Of a DNA stretch of 64,000 nt, positions 20,485-30,167 are shown one piece after another. Each line of letters starts with the position of its first letter. The first letter of the stretch is position 1. Both the position numbers and the translations under genes were made by a program. Below the pieces are notes generated by a model, which searched no databases, was not told the DNA's origin, and saw only the letters and a program-made list of their open reading frames with translations. The DNA comes from Gammaproteobacteria bacterium (GTDB lineage: Bacteria; Pseudomonadota; Gammaproteobacteria; UBA4575): positions 224,001 through 288,000 of the forward strand of contig CBDEUS010000002.1 of the NCBI GenBank assembly GCA_965243395.1, written 5' to 3'.

Positions 20485-22047
20485 CTAAAAAAACCACAGT
20501 GCCGCTAATACACCCACAAAACCAAGCACCAATACATACAATAAATTTTGGTTGGATTTTTTAATTTCTTTGCGTATCTCAATTAGTTCTTGACTATGCA
20601 TTTCCAGTTTAGTTTGTCCTTGCTCAAAAGTTTTCATAGTGGAATACACTAAATCTGGAATTTCCGGTAAACGTTCTGCTAACCGAGGCAACTGTTTGCG
20701 TATTCCAGCAGCCAATGCACGCACGCCTACTTGTTCGCTCATCCAACGATCTAAAAATGGCTTGGCGGTTTTCCAAAGATCTAAATCGGGATCAAGCGTT
20801 CGCCCTAAACCTTCAATGTTTAACAAGGTTTTTTGCAACAACACAAGTTGTGGTTGCACCTCCATATCAAAACGTCTTGCAGTTTGAAATAAACGCAGCA
20901 ATAAACTTCCAAATGAAATTTCACTTAACGGTCGTTGAAAAATAGGTTCACAAACAGTTCGAATCGCGGATTCAAATTGGTCCACACGTGTATAAGATGG
21001 CACCCAACCGGATTCTAAGTGCAATTCTGCTACACGCCGATAATCACGATTAAGGAACGCAAGAAGATTTTCAGCAAGATAGCGTTGATCAGATGGTGAC
21101 AAAGTTCCCATGATGCCAAAGTCGACACCTACATATTTTGGATCTTCTGGGTTTTCATAAGAAACAAAAATATTCCCTGGATGCATGTCTGCATGAAAAA
21201 AATTATGGCTAAACACTTGTGTAAAAAAGATATGGCTGCCTCGGTCAGACAATTTCTTTAAGTTCACACCATGTTTGCGTAGTGCTTCAATATCATTTAC
21301 CGGTATACCGTGAATACGCTCTTGTACCATTACATTGCGCGTGCACAAATCAAAATACACTTCTGGTACATAAAGATCCGTTGAGTTTTCAAAATTTCTA
21401 CGCAACTGACTGGCATTGGATGCTTCGCGCATCAAATCCAATTCATCCATAATGATTTGTTCATATTCATCCACTACTTCTTTGGGGCGTAACCGTCGAC
21501 CGTCTTCCCAATAACGATGTGCGATGGATGCCAACGCATGCATGAGCTCTAAATCTTTACGCACTTGCTTATGCACATCCGGACGTAAAACTTTTACCAC
21601 CACATCTGTTCCATCATGTAATTTTGCGGTATGGACTTGAGCAATTGAGGCCGAAGCCAGCGGTTCTACACTGAACTCTGCGAAGGTTTTACTTACGGGT
21701 TCTTTAAAGGCTTTTTCGATGATCTCTTGCGCAACTTCACCTGAGAATGGTGGTACGCGGTCTTGTAATAACGCCAATTCATTAGCGATATCTTCGGGCA
21801 AAAGATCACGTCGTGTAGATAGGGCTTGTCCAAACTTTACAAAGATAGGGCCTAAATCTTCTAGTGCACGGCGAATGCGTGCCCCATGACTGGTTTCTAG
21901 TTTACGAAACCAGTGCCAAGGTAATAAATACAATAAAAAACGTATAGGGCGGAAAAAAGGCACTGCAAGCAGTACTTCTTCTAAGCCATGTCGAAACAAC
22001 ACTACGTTAATGTGCAGGATGCGGAAAAGTAAACGGATATAACGCAT
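20485..22047 (-). CDS. ubiB: Ubiquinone biosynthesis kinase-like protein
   Basis: GPIFVKFGQ, ASASIAQVH, HADMHPGN, DFGIMG. Confidence 0.96.
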   Translation of the reverse strand: MRYIRLLFRILHINVVLFRHGLEEVLLAVPFFRPIRFLLYLLPWHWFRKLETSHGARIRRALEDLGPIFVKFGQALSTRRDLLPEDIANELALLQDRVPPFSGEVAQEIIEKAFKEPVSKTFAEFSVEPLASASIAQVHTAKLHDGTDVVVKVLRPDVHKQVRKDLELMHALASIAHRYWEDGRRLRPKEVVDEYEQIIMDELDLMREASNASQLRRNFENSTDLYVPEVYFDLCTRNVMVQERIHGIPVNDIEALRKHGVNLKKLSDRGSHIFFTQVFSHNFFHADMHPGNIFVSYENPEDPKYVGVDFGIMGTLSPSDQRYLAENLLAFLNRDYRRVAELHLESGWVPSYTRVDQFESAIRTVCEPIFQRPLSEISFGSLLLRLFQTARRFDMEVQPQLVLLQKTLLNIEGLGRTLDPDLDLWKTAKPFLDRWMSEQVGVRALAAGIRKQLPRLAERLPEIPDLVYSTMKTFEQGQTKLEMHSQELIEIRKEIKKSNQNLLYVLVLGFVGVLAALWFF

Positions 22048-22049
22048 AT

Positions 22050-22673
22050 TTAAGAATCTGATAGGTTTTCAATACGCTGAATACGCGCTTCTAAACGTTG
22101 CACATAAGCATCCAAATCATCTACATCACTCATGAAACGATTGATTTCAACTTTAGTGGGCAAAATGCGTGACTCTTCTTGTAAGTATTCACTTACATCC
22201 ATTTGAAAATTATCTATTGAGCGTTTGCCATAGCTCCCAAAGCGTTTTGCAAAGATCCCCAACTGATAGGCAACGGAATCCCCAACATATTTTGAAGCGA
22301 CTTCTTCCCAATCGATATCCACTTCTTTAAAAATTGAATGTAATTGGTTGGCAAACTCCACATCACCTTCAATTTTTAAAGAACCATTATTCAACATGGC
22401 TTGGTACTCTGCACCCAAACCCATTCTAACCAAACTGATAATATTAGAATGTATTGTTGTCGTAAATTCTTGTTGGCTTTCTTCTTGCTCTTCATTCACC
22501 AAATGCTCACTCACTGTAATACCGGATGACTCGGGTGTAGCAATAAAATTCTTGTCAATATCATTTAAGTGAACGAGTAATAGTTTACCTTCATACTGAT
22601 TTAACTTAGCCGCGACCTCAGGATCACTATCTAAATATTTCTGCACCGCATTATTGATAAGCTTGAGTAACAT
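22050..22673 (-). CDS. ubiJ: Ubiquinone biosynthesis accessory factor (SCP2 domain)
   Basis: IEGD, DIDWEE, EYLQEE; between ubiE and ubiB. Confidence 0.9.
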   Translation of the reverse strand: MLLKLINNAVQKYLDSDPEVAAKLNQYEGKLLLVHLNDIDKNFIATPESSGITVSEHLVNEEQEESQQEFTTTIHSNIISLVRMGLGAEYQAMLNNGSLKIEGDVEFANQLHSIFKEVDIDWEEVASKYVGDSVAYQLGIFAKRFGSYGKRSIDNFQMDVSEYLQEESRILPTKVEINRFMSDVDDLDAYVQRLEARIQRIENLSDS

Positions 22674-22678
22674 ATTTT

Positions 22679-23428
22679 TTAAATAGATAGTTTGTAACCG
22701 CGATGAATGCTAACGATTCCGCCGTTTAAATTTAAATAATCGCATTTTTCAAAACCTGCGGTTTCAATCATCGACCTCAGGGTTTCTTGATCAGGGTGTT
22801 TACGAATGGATTCAGCTAGGTACTGATAACTATCTGCATCTTTAGCAATAATCTCACCCATCCTTGGTAAAAACTTAAATGAGTAAGCATCATATATATC
22901 TTGCATCCATTTTTGTGGTTTAGAAAATTCCAACACTAATAATTGACCGCCAGGTTTTAATAATTTAAATATTTCGCGTAATGCTTTGCTCTTGTCAGTA
23001 AAATTACGCAAACCGAATGCAATCATCACACGATCAAAATGATCATCAGGGAAAGGCAAGTTCTCGCCCATCGCTTGCACATAACGAACATTATTTAACA
23101 AACCTTTATCCACCATGCGTCTACGACCCTCTTCTAGCATCGCACCATTGGGATCACATAAAATTACTGAACCCTGCTTGTCTAACTTCGGCACAATTAA
23201 AGTAGAGATATCACCTGTGCCTGCTGCCAAATCCAGAATTTGAAAATGGGGGCGGATATTTGCCAAGTGGATAAATTGTCGCTTCCATAATCGATGCATC
23301 CCGAATGACATCACATCATTCATCACATCATATTTGCCGGCGACCGACTCAAAGACAGCCGTAACTTTTTCAGTTTTCTCCTCAGGACTTACATCCTGAT
23401 AGCCAAAATGTGTGGATTTATCAGACAT
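22679..23428 (-). CDS. ubiE: Ubiquinone/menaquinone C-methyltransferase
   Basis: [39 protein letters not shown]. Confidence 0.97.
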   Translation of the reverse strand: MSDKSTHFGYQDVSPEEKTEKVTAVFESVAGKYDVMNDVMSFGMHRLWKRQFIHLANIRPHFQILDLAAGTGDISTLIVPKLDKQGSVILCDPNGAMLEEGRRRMVDKGLLNNVRYVQAMGENLPFPDDHFDRVMIAFGLRNFTDKSKALREIFKLLKPGGQLLVLEFSKPQKWMQDIYDAYSFKFLPRMGEIIAKDADSYQYLAESIRKHPDQETLRSMIETAGFEKCDYLNLNGGIVSIHRGYKLSI

Positions 23429-23553
23429 ACATGCTTAATTCTTATAGATATTTTCTGGTTTTCTTCTGGGCACAGTTTAAACAAAATCAGCGCCCAATGG
23501 GGATTAGATTTTGCTAGAGTTAGCCTAAGGTTGGCCAGGGTACTGCTAAAGAA

Positions 23554-23730
23554 ATGTTTGACTTGTCAAAAATACCATCACTACTCATGCTGATATGTTT
23601 TATTGGCATCGTAGTATCCATCTGGATTGCACTAGATCCCATCCGACAAAAACAAAGAAAACCGAAATATTTTTTAGTTACATTGGTTTTCTTTGCAGGG
23701 TTTTTACTAGTTGCTTGGTGGGACATGTGA
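23554..23730 (+). CDS. Putative 58-aa membrane hairpin protein (MFDLSKIPSLLMLICFIGIVVSIWIALDPIRQKQRKPKYFLVTLVFFAGFLLVAWWDM)
   Basis: ATG 23554 to TGA 23730; two hydrophobic helices around a basic loop; below the ORF-track cutoff. Confidence 0.65.
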   Translation: MFDLSKIPSLLMLICFIGIVVSIWIALDPIRQKQRKPKYFLVTLVFFAGFLLVAWWDM

Positions 23731-23747
23731 GTGAGCGCAGGGTAGTA

Positions 23748-23793
23748 AGCGCAGGGATGCGCGAATATGATATCCATCAGGGATGATGCAACC
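23748..23793 (+). repeat. Dispersed twin-hairpin REP-like element with GGA loops, copy A
   Basis: AGCGCAGGGATGCGCGAATATGATATCCATCAGGGATGATGCAACC; 40/46 identical to the reverse complement of 51858-51903. Confidence 0.85.
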
Positions 23794-23852
23794 AAATAAA
23801 GTTTGGTAAACTAAAATAATGCACCGGTTGGAAAATTCAAAGTATAAATTCA

Positions 23853-23881
23853 AAATGACTGTTAACGACCCAAAGCTGACA
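23853..23881 (+). repeat. 29-bp direct repeat, left boundary of orphan gene
   Basis: AAATGAC-TGTTAACGACCC-AAAGCTGACA; 22/29 ungapped identity with 24473-24501. Confidence 0.6.
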
Positions 23882-23903
23882 TTCATACTGGATCGGGTTT
23901 TTT

Positions 23904-24470
23904 GTGATTAAGTTGATTTGCAGGTTTATATTCCTAATTGTGATCACAATTCCTTTTGTCTCAACAGGAATTTGTGACTCGTGGAGTTTTCCAAAAAAAG
24001 CTGATGAAACTGTATATAAATACGGTGAAACCAAAATAATTAAAACAATAGATGGAAGAAATAACGATCAATATCCAGATTACATCATAGATATATATAA
24101 CAAAGACAAACTTGTTGCTAAATATAGAGGAATTTCATTTCAGCATATAGCTGCTTCTAAAAATAATGATGTCTTTATTGGTATTTCAAATGATGGGCTT
24201 CCTGGTACGGCTTTTGTTGTGTTTGATTCAAAAGGTAATCTGAGGATTGAAGCTAAGCATTATATGTTTCCACTTCAATACTGTGATGAATCAGTGACAC
24301 GATTTAGAGTGTGGTATGACAATGAAAACCCTAATCTTCATTTCATATATTCAGACTCTGATGAGTTTGAAGATATAGTACTAAATGGTTGTGGCGGTAA
24401 AGAAATAAAGATCATTGAGCATTTGTTCAATAGCAGGACATATGAGAGCCTGCCTGAAAACGCAGATTAA
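23904..24470 (+). CDS. Hypothetical exported protein (orphan, AT-rich)
   Basis: 188-aa ORF with signal-peptide-like N-terminus, opposite in orientation to the flanking core operons. Confidence 0.75.
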   Translation: MIKLICRFIFLIVITIPFVSTGICDSWSFPKKADETVYKYGETKIIKTIDGRNNDQYPDYIIDIYNKDKLVAKYRGISFQHIAASKNNDVFIGISNDGLPGTAFVVFDSKGNLRIEAKHYMFPLQYCDESVTRFRVWYDNENPNLHFIYSDSDEFEDIVLNGCGGKEIKIIEHLFNSRTYESLPENAD

Positions 24471-24472
24471 AT

Positions 24473-24501
24473 AAATGACCGCTATTGGCCTAAAGCAGAC
24501 A
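24473..24501 (+). repeat. 29-bp direct repeat, right boundary of orphan gene
   Basis: AAATGAC-CGCTATTGGCCT-AAAGCAGACA, starting 2 nt after the stop codon. Confidence 0.6.
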
Positions 24502-24551
24502 AATTTAAATAAGAATAATTAACTTTAATAAGAAAGTTAGTTTATTGTCCT

Positions 24552-24917
24552 TTAACCACTGTTTTTCCGCTCATAGCCCGCTTCTTTTAAACGTTCTAAG
24601 TAACGTGACCAATTTGCCTCTTTGTTTGTACCTAAATTATGTAAATGGTCCCAGGAAAAAATACCTGAATCATGGTTATCATCAAACACCAGTTGCACTG
24701 CATAATTGCCAACTGGATTGATCGCAGTAATATTTACATCTTCCTTTCCGACTTGCAGTACTTCTTGACCCGGTCCATGACCCTGCACTTCTGCAGAAGG
24801 CGAGTGTGTGCGCAAATATTCGCAAGTCAGTTTAAAATGCTTACCATCATCAAATTCTATTTCTAAAATTCTGGACTTTTGATGTAACTCAATTTTTGTG
24901 GGAACTGCTATAGCCAT
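24552..24917 (-). CDS. DUF971 / gamma-butyrobetaine hydroxylase N-terminal-like protein
   Basis: EYLRTHSPSAEVQGHG, VGNYA, FDDNHDSGIFSW; usual position after hslU; start set at MAIAVP. Confidence 0.9.
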   Translation of the reverse strand: MAIAVPTKIELHQKSRILEIEFDDGKHFKLTCEYLRTHSPSAEVQGHGPGQEVLQVGKEDVNITAINPVGNYAVQLVFDDNHDSGIFSWDHLHNLGTNKEANWSRYLERLKEAGYERKNSG

Positions 24918-24942
24918 AAATATAAAATCCTGGTGCTCTTGC

Positions 24943-26268
24943 TCATAAGATGTACTTAGATAAATCTTGATCTTTAACAAGCTCTCCAATATTTTCATCT
25001 ACATACCCAGCATCTACGGTAAACGATTTACCGCTTTCATCCGGTGCGCTGTAGGAAATATTTTCTAATAGCCTTTCCATTACGGTATGCAAGCGACGTG
25101 CTCCAATATTTTCGGTAGATTCATTCACATCATGTGCAACTTGAGCAATTTTTCGTACGCCATCTTGTGCAAAATCGAGCTTTACACCTTCAGTATCTAG
25201 CAGTGCGGTATATTGCTCTGTTAAAGATGCATCCGGCTCAGTAAGAATTCGAACAAAATCGTCAGTTGATAGCGCTTTTAGTTCTACACGTATGGGTAAA
25301 CGACCTTGTAGTTCTGGAATAAGATCAGATGGTTTGGAAACATGAAACGCACCTGAGGCTATAAATAAAATATGATCTGTTTTAACGATACCGTATTTCG
25401 TGTTGACAGTGCAGCCTTCTACCAAAGGTAACAAATCGCGCTGCACCCCTTCACGTGATACGTCCGCACCACTAGTTTGGCTATTTTTAGCAACTTTATC
25501 GATTTCATCTAAAAATACGATGCCATTTTGCTCTACATTTTCTAGTGCGTTCGCTTTGAGCTCTTCTTCATTTACCAGTTTATGCGCTTCTTCATCCGTT
25601 AATGCCTTCATCGCATCTTTGATACGCATTTTTCGTGTTTTCTTTTTTCCAGTATTTAAATTTTGAAACATACCGGTTAACTGACTCGCCATTTCCTCCA
25701 TACCCGGCGGTGTCATAATCTCAACGCCTACGGGTGTTGCAGCTAAATCGATTTCGATTTCAGTATCGTCTAAATCACCTTCACGTAATTTTTTGCGAAA
25801 CTTTTGACGTGTTTCTAGATTGTAGTCAGGCCTCTCTTCGGATGGATCTACACGTGAGGGTACGAGAATATCTAAGATACGATCTTCCGCAGCTTCTTCA
25901 GCACGAAAGCGGACTTTTTCCATTTCTGTTTCGCGCATCATTTTGACAGCGGTATCAACCAAATCGCGAATGATGGAATCAACCTCTTTACCCACATAAC
26001 CTACTTCGGTGAATTTTGTTGCTTCAACCTTTATAAAAGGCGCATTGGCTAGTTTTGCCAAACGACGTGCGATTTCAGTCTTACCCACACCGGTAGGGCC
26101 TATCATTAAAATATTTTTAGGTGTGACTTCTACACGCAACTCTTCAGGCAATTGTAGGCGACGCCAACGATTACGTAATGCAATCGCAACGGCACGTTTG
26201 GCTTCATCCTGACCAACAATATGCTTATCAAGTTCTTGTACGATTTCACGTGGTGTCATGTTTGACAT
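24943..26268 (-). CDS. hslU: HslUV protease ATPase subunit
   Basis: [35 protein letters not shown]. Confidence 0.98.
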   Translation of the reverse strand: MSNMTPREIVQELDKHIVGQDEAKRAVAIALRNRWRRLQLPEELRVEVTPKNILMIGPTGVGKTEIARRLAKLANAPFIKVEATKFTEVGYVGKEVDSIIRDLVDTAVKMMRETEMEKVRFRAEEAAEDRILDILVPSRVDPSEERPDYNLETRQKFRKKLREGDLDDTEIEIDLAATPVGVEIMTPPGMEEMASQLTGMFQNLNTGKKKTRKMRIKDAMKALTDEEAHKLVNEEELKANALENVEQNGIVFLDEIDKVAKNSQTSGADVSREGVQRDLLPLVEGCTVNTKYGIVKTDHILFIASGAFHVSKPSDLIPELQGRLPIRVELKALSTDDFVRILTEPDASLTEQYTALLDTEGVKLDFAQDGVRKIAQVAHDVNESTENIGARRLHTVMERLLENISYSAPDESGKSFTVDAGYVDENIGELVKDQDLSKYIL

Positions 26269-26308
26269 ATAAAAAGGCTTTTCCTAAAAGTTTGTTATAG
26301 CTCTGCTT

Positions 26309-26842
26309 TTATAGTTCTTCGATAGAGATATTAGTATTGGTATAAATACAAATGTTGGCAGCAATATTTAAAGACTTTTCGACAATTTCTTTGGCACTTA
26401 ATTCTGTATTTTCTAACAACGCTCTAGCTGCGGCTTGAGCAAACGGCCCACCTGAGCCAATAGCAACCAGTGCGTCTTCAGGTTCAATCACATCGCCATT
26501 ACCCGAAATAATAAGCGAAGTTTCTTTATCCGCGACTGCAAGTAAGGCCTCTAATCTGCGAAGCATACGATCTGTACGCCAATCTTTTGCGAGTTCAACA
26601 GCAGCACGTGTAAGTTGACCGTTATGTTGCTCGAGCTTTGTTTCAAACCGTTCGAACAATGTGAACGCATCGGCCGTCCCGCCCGCAAAGCCTGCGATGA
26701 CTTTGTCGTTATACAAACGACGAATTTTACGCGCATTACCTTTCATGATGGTGTTACCAAGCGAGACCTGGCCATCGCCACCTAATGCCACGCTGCCATT
26801 GCGACGCAGTGAGACAATCGTTGTGCCTTTGAACTGTTCCAT
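26309..26842 (-). CDS. hslV: HslUV protease peptidase subunit
   Basis: TTI N-terminal nucleophile, [13 protein letters not shown]. Confidence 0.98.
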   Translation of the reverse strand: MEQFKGTTIVSLRRNGSVALGGDGQVSLGNTIMKGNARKIRRLYNDKVIAGFAGGTADAFTLFERFETKLEQHNGQLTRAAVELAKDWRTDRMLRRLEALLAVADKETSLIISGNGDVIEPEDALVAIGSGGPFAQAAARALLENTELSAKEIVEKSLNIAANICIYTNTNISIEEL

Positions 26843-26896
26843 AGAGTGAATGTGTTGTTAAGTAAGAAGTAGAATATGCATTTTCAGTTATTCTAC

Positions 26897-26923
26897 ATTG
26901 GGTTTCTATAACCCATTTTCAAG
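26897..26923 (-). promoter_or_regulatory. Sigma32 heat-shock promoter of hslVU
   Basis: Minus strand CTTGAAA-N14-CCCAAT; hslVU is an established RpoH target. Confidence 0.8.
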
Positions 26924-26960
26924 AGCTCAGATCGAACTATTAACGGGAAAAATGTGGGGT

Positions 26961-27926
26961 TTATTCGTCTTCGGTGAAGTCGTTATTTAAATTTCTTGGA
27001 TGTGTTTTTTTGGCACGAGGGTGGGCCTCGTCATACACCTGGGCAAGATGTTGAAAATCCAGATGTGTATACACTTGCGTAGTACTGATGTCAGCATGTC
27101 CGAGCATTTCTTGTACGGCACGCAAATCTCCGCTGGATTCTAATAAATGACTGGCAAATGAATGTCGCAACATATGTGGATGCACATGTTTATCAATGCC
27201 TTGTTCTCTTCCAAGTTGCGCCATACGTTGTTGCACCGCACGAGGAGATAATCGTTTACCACGATTATTCACGAATACGGCTAATTCATTTTCACTTGCA
27301 ATATTTGGGCGTGCTTCAAGCCAACGCTTTAATGCTTTACAGGCATTTGCGCCAATAGGTAAGTAGCGCATCTTGTTGCCTTTACCCATTACCTGAACTT
27401 GTGCTTGGTGGAGATCGATAGCATCTAAGTTTAGATTTACTAATTCTGCTAAACGTAAACCGGATGAGTACATCAATTCCATCATCGCTACATCACGTAG
27501 CTTAAGAGGATTTTGCGGCCCTTCATTAAGTAATCGATTAATTTCATCAACATCTAATAAATTAGGTAGTTTCTTCTGAATGCTGGGCCCGCTTACATCG
27601 GCTACAGGATTGTTCTCTACTAACTGCTCACGTTGTAAAAAGGTAAAAAAGCCACGGATAGCACTGAGTGAGCGATGCAGGCTCCTTGCGGAAACACCGC
27701 GTCTGCGTCGCGAACCGGCGAAATTGCGCACGTGCAGACTATCTACATCGCAACAATCATAAACATTTACGGCATTGATAAATTCGAAAAACTGTTGAAG
27801 GTCTCTTTGATAGCTATCTAATGTAGCGGGAGAGTAGCGGCGTTCATCCTGTAGATATCGCAGGTAACGCTGAAAAAGTTGTTGGGTAGTTTGTTGTCCT
27901 GTTTCAGGACTGGTTACTACTGCCAT
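26961..27926 (-). CDS. xerC: Tyrosine recombinase XerC
   Basis: YSSGLRLAEL, GKGNKMR, HPHMLRHSFASH, LGHADISTTQVYTH; dapF-DUF484-xerC synteny. Confidence 0.95.
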   Translation of the reverse strand: MAVVTSPETGQQTTQQLFQRYLRYLQDERRYSPATLDSYQRDLQQFFEFINAVNVYDCCDVDSLHVRNFAGSRRRRGVSARSLHRSLSAIRGFFTFLQREQLVENNPVADVSGPSIQKKLPNLLDVDEINRLLNEGPQNPLKLRDVAMMELMYSSGLRLAELVNLNLDAIDLHQAQVQVMGKGNKMRYLPIGANACKALKRWLEARPNIASENELAVFVNNRGKRLSPRAVQQRMAQLGREQGIDKHVHPHMLRHSFASHLLESSGDLRAVQEMLGHADISTTQVYTHLDFQHLAQVYDEAHPRAKKTHPRNLNNDFTEDE

Positions 27927-28079
27927 AGGCAAACCTAAATTTACGAAACTGTCTGCTAACTTAGCATTAATTCAGTGTATTTGTATAACTTTAAACTTTA
28001 TTTAACAGATAAAATTAATGTATTAAAGGTTTATCGGTAATTTTAATCGAAATTATTTGCCGAGCTAATATTTTCTGCT

Positions 28080-28829
28080 TTATTCGTCTATAGAAACAAA
28101 CTGCTGCAGTTTAGCTCCTACAATCTCACCTAAATTTCCTAAAAATAAAGTACCCATTCCACTTTGGAAACGATTAGCGTCTGTGCTGCCTAAAAACAAT
28201 ACACCCAGTTGATGTTTTTTCTTCAATGCTACCGCTGCTGCTGAGCGAATGGGTTTTTTGGCTTTTTCATTATCAAAAACATTATCAATTTGTCGCTTGG
28301 TAAGAAATGCCACACCACGACGCCGACTAGAGAATAAGTCCTGAATAAGTTTTGATTTTTGTAATGTCCGCTCCATTTCAGAGCAGTTTTTAACACTGGT
28401 ATCTGGCAACAATTCGAACAAACGCAACAGCACTTTTGTTCCTGGAAAATCTGTATGTAGTAGTTCGCATATACCCGCAAGCGATTCATCAAAGCCTTTG
28501 ATGGAAACTAGACCTAAAGTTAATGCATGTAGGCGACGACTTACCCGTTCATTTTCTTTAGCTACAGTGATGAGCTGATGAAGCTTGTGGTCAAGCTCTT
28601 TATTCTTATTTCGAAGTAGTTCTACCTGACGCTCAACCAGTGAAACGGCTTCTCCAGTCTCATGTGGAATAGCGAGTGTTTCAATTAACTCGCCATGGTG
28701 CATAAAAAAATCACTATGCGTTCTCAAATAACGTGCAACTTGCTCACGTGTTAATTTTACCTTCGGTCCGCTTGCAGGTTCACTCGTTGCTATCTTGGCG
28801 GATAATTTAGGCTTGCTCTGTGTCGTCAT
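28080..28829 (-). CDS. DUF484 (YigA-like) protein
   Basis: VARYL..H.DFF, AVSLVERQ, RFQSGMGTLFL. Confidence 0.92.
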   Translation of the reverse strand: MTTQSKPKLSAKIATSEPASGPKVKLTREQVARYLRTHSDFFMHHGELIETLAIPHETGEAVSLVERQVELLRNKNKELDHKLHQLITVAKENERVSRRLHALTLGLVSIKGFDESLAGICELLHTDFPGTKVLLRLFELLPDTSVKNCSEMERTLQKSKLIQDLFSSRRRGVAFLTKRQIDNVFDNEKAKKPIRSAAAVALKKKHQLGVLFLGSTDANRFQSGMGTLFLGNLGEIVGAKLQQFVSIDE

Positions 28830-29656
28830 AAGTTAAGACTCCCCTCAAAACTATATTGCGCAGGCCCCGTCATCATCACGGGTGCTGCGTGGTTATCACA
28901 CTCAATCTGCAAACTTCCGCCAAGCAGGTCTACAGTTACACTCTTATCTAACAGGCCGCGGGCCTGTCCGATTGCAACGGCTGCACATGCTCCTGTGCCA
29001 CAAGCACTTGTTTCACCCACGTGTCTTTCAAAAACACGCAATGCGATGTGCTCAGGACTTAACACTTGCATAAACCCTACGTTAGCTTTGTTTGGAAACA
29101 TCGAGTGTTTCTCTAGTTTGGGGCCTAAAATACCTACGGGTGCTTTATTTATATCTTCTACCTGCAATACTGCATGGGGGTTGCCCATTGAAACTGCGCC
29201 TATTTCCACTTGTTCACCCTCAACATCAAGCTGATAACTTAATGCTTGGGCTTCTGCTGAAAACGGAATTTCTCCAGGCTCAAAAATGGGTACTCCCATA
29301 TTTACAGTTACCATATCGCCTTCGTGCAGGTAAATTTGATATACACCACTAATTGTTTTGATGTTTATAGAAGTTTGGTTTGTTAATCCATTTAATGCTA
29401 GAAACTTGCCAATACATCGTGCGCCGTTTCCACATTGTTCAACTTCTTCTCCATTGCTGTTGTAGATTTGATAGTTGAAATCAATTTCCGCATCTGTCGC
29501 AGGACGAATGACTAAAACTTGATCACAACCTACACCTAATTTTCGATCTGCAATCCAACGAATTTTTTCGCTAGTAAGTTGCACATCTTGATTCACAGCA
29601 TCGAAGACGACGAAATCATTACCTAATCCGTGCATTTTTGCAAATCGAACTTGCAT
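28826..29656 (-). CDS. dapF: Diaminopimelate epimerase
   Basis: KMHGLGNDF, CGNGARC, SMGNPH, ACGTGACA. Confidence 0.97.
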   Translation of the reverse strand: MQVRFAKMHGLGNDFVVFDAVNQDVQLTSEKIRWIADRKLGVGCDQVLVIRPATDAEIDFNYQIYNSNGEEVEQCGNGARCIGKFLALNGLTNQTSINIKTISGVYQIYLHEGDMVTVNMGVPIFEPGEIPFSAEAQALSYQLDVEGEQVEIGAVSMGNPHAVLQVEDINKAPVGILGPKLEKHSMFPNKANVGFMQVLSPEHIALRVFERHVGETSACGTGACAAVAIGQARGLLDKSVTVDLLGGSLQIECDNHAAPVMMTGPAQYSFEGSLNL

Positions 29657-29736
29657 AACTAACTAGTATTTTATGGTAGTAAAAAAAATTTAATTAATCC
29701 TATTCATTAAGAATATTCTTTAGAGTATTACAAATA

Positions 29737-30159
29737 CTACTTCATTAAACGAACATACTCTTTGTAAATGCACTTATCCATTACCGTGAAAATGTTTTCT
29801 TGATGGGCACGGTTTGCACTTTCTACATCCACAACACCTTCTTGTAACCATAATGCACTGATTTTTTTGTTTATGCATTGCTCAGTTATTTCCGCTACAT
29901 ACTTTGGAGCACGAAACACATCCACTAAATCTACTGTAAATGGTATTTCTTGCAATGAAGCATATGCTTTGATGCCTAGAACTTCAGTGACTGCTGGTCG
30001 AACCGGGATAACTTCGTATCCAAACTCTAGCAAGTGCTTAGCAACGCGATAACTAGGCCTGTTTTCTTTGGGTGATAATCCAATCACCGCAATTGTTCTA
30101 ACACGTTTAAAAAGGTCAATCAGTGCTTCATCACTTGGCAGTACATAGGTATCTTGCAT
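29737..30159 (-). CDS. CoA-binding protein (YccU-like)
   Basis: IAVIGLS..RPSY, DLVDVFR, LWLQEG. Confidence 0.9.
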   Translation of the reverse strand: MQDTYVLPSDEALIDLFKRVRTIAVIGLSPKENRPSYRVAKHLLEFGYEVIPVRPAVTEVLGIKAYASLQEIPFTVDLVDVFRAPKYVAEITEQCINKKISALWLQEGVVDVESANRAHQENIFTVMDKCIYKEYVRLMK

Positions 30160-30167
30160 ACATTAAC

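Noticed and set aside
23408-24034. Track ORFs 23408-23593, 23520-23795, 23595-23786 and 23837-24034
   Set aside because: Not protein-like; they overlap ubiE, the better 58-aa ORF, the repeat or the 188-aa gene.
23853-24501. 29-bp repeats as dif/pdif or integron attC sites
   Set aside because: No XerD arm (TTATGTTAAAT), no 11-6-11 dif layout and no attC R''/R' boxes; kept only as an unclassified repeat.
26961-27926. Tyrosine recombinase as a mobile-element integrase
   Set aside because: Sequence and the dapF-DUF484-xerC-hslV context identify housekeeping XerC.
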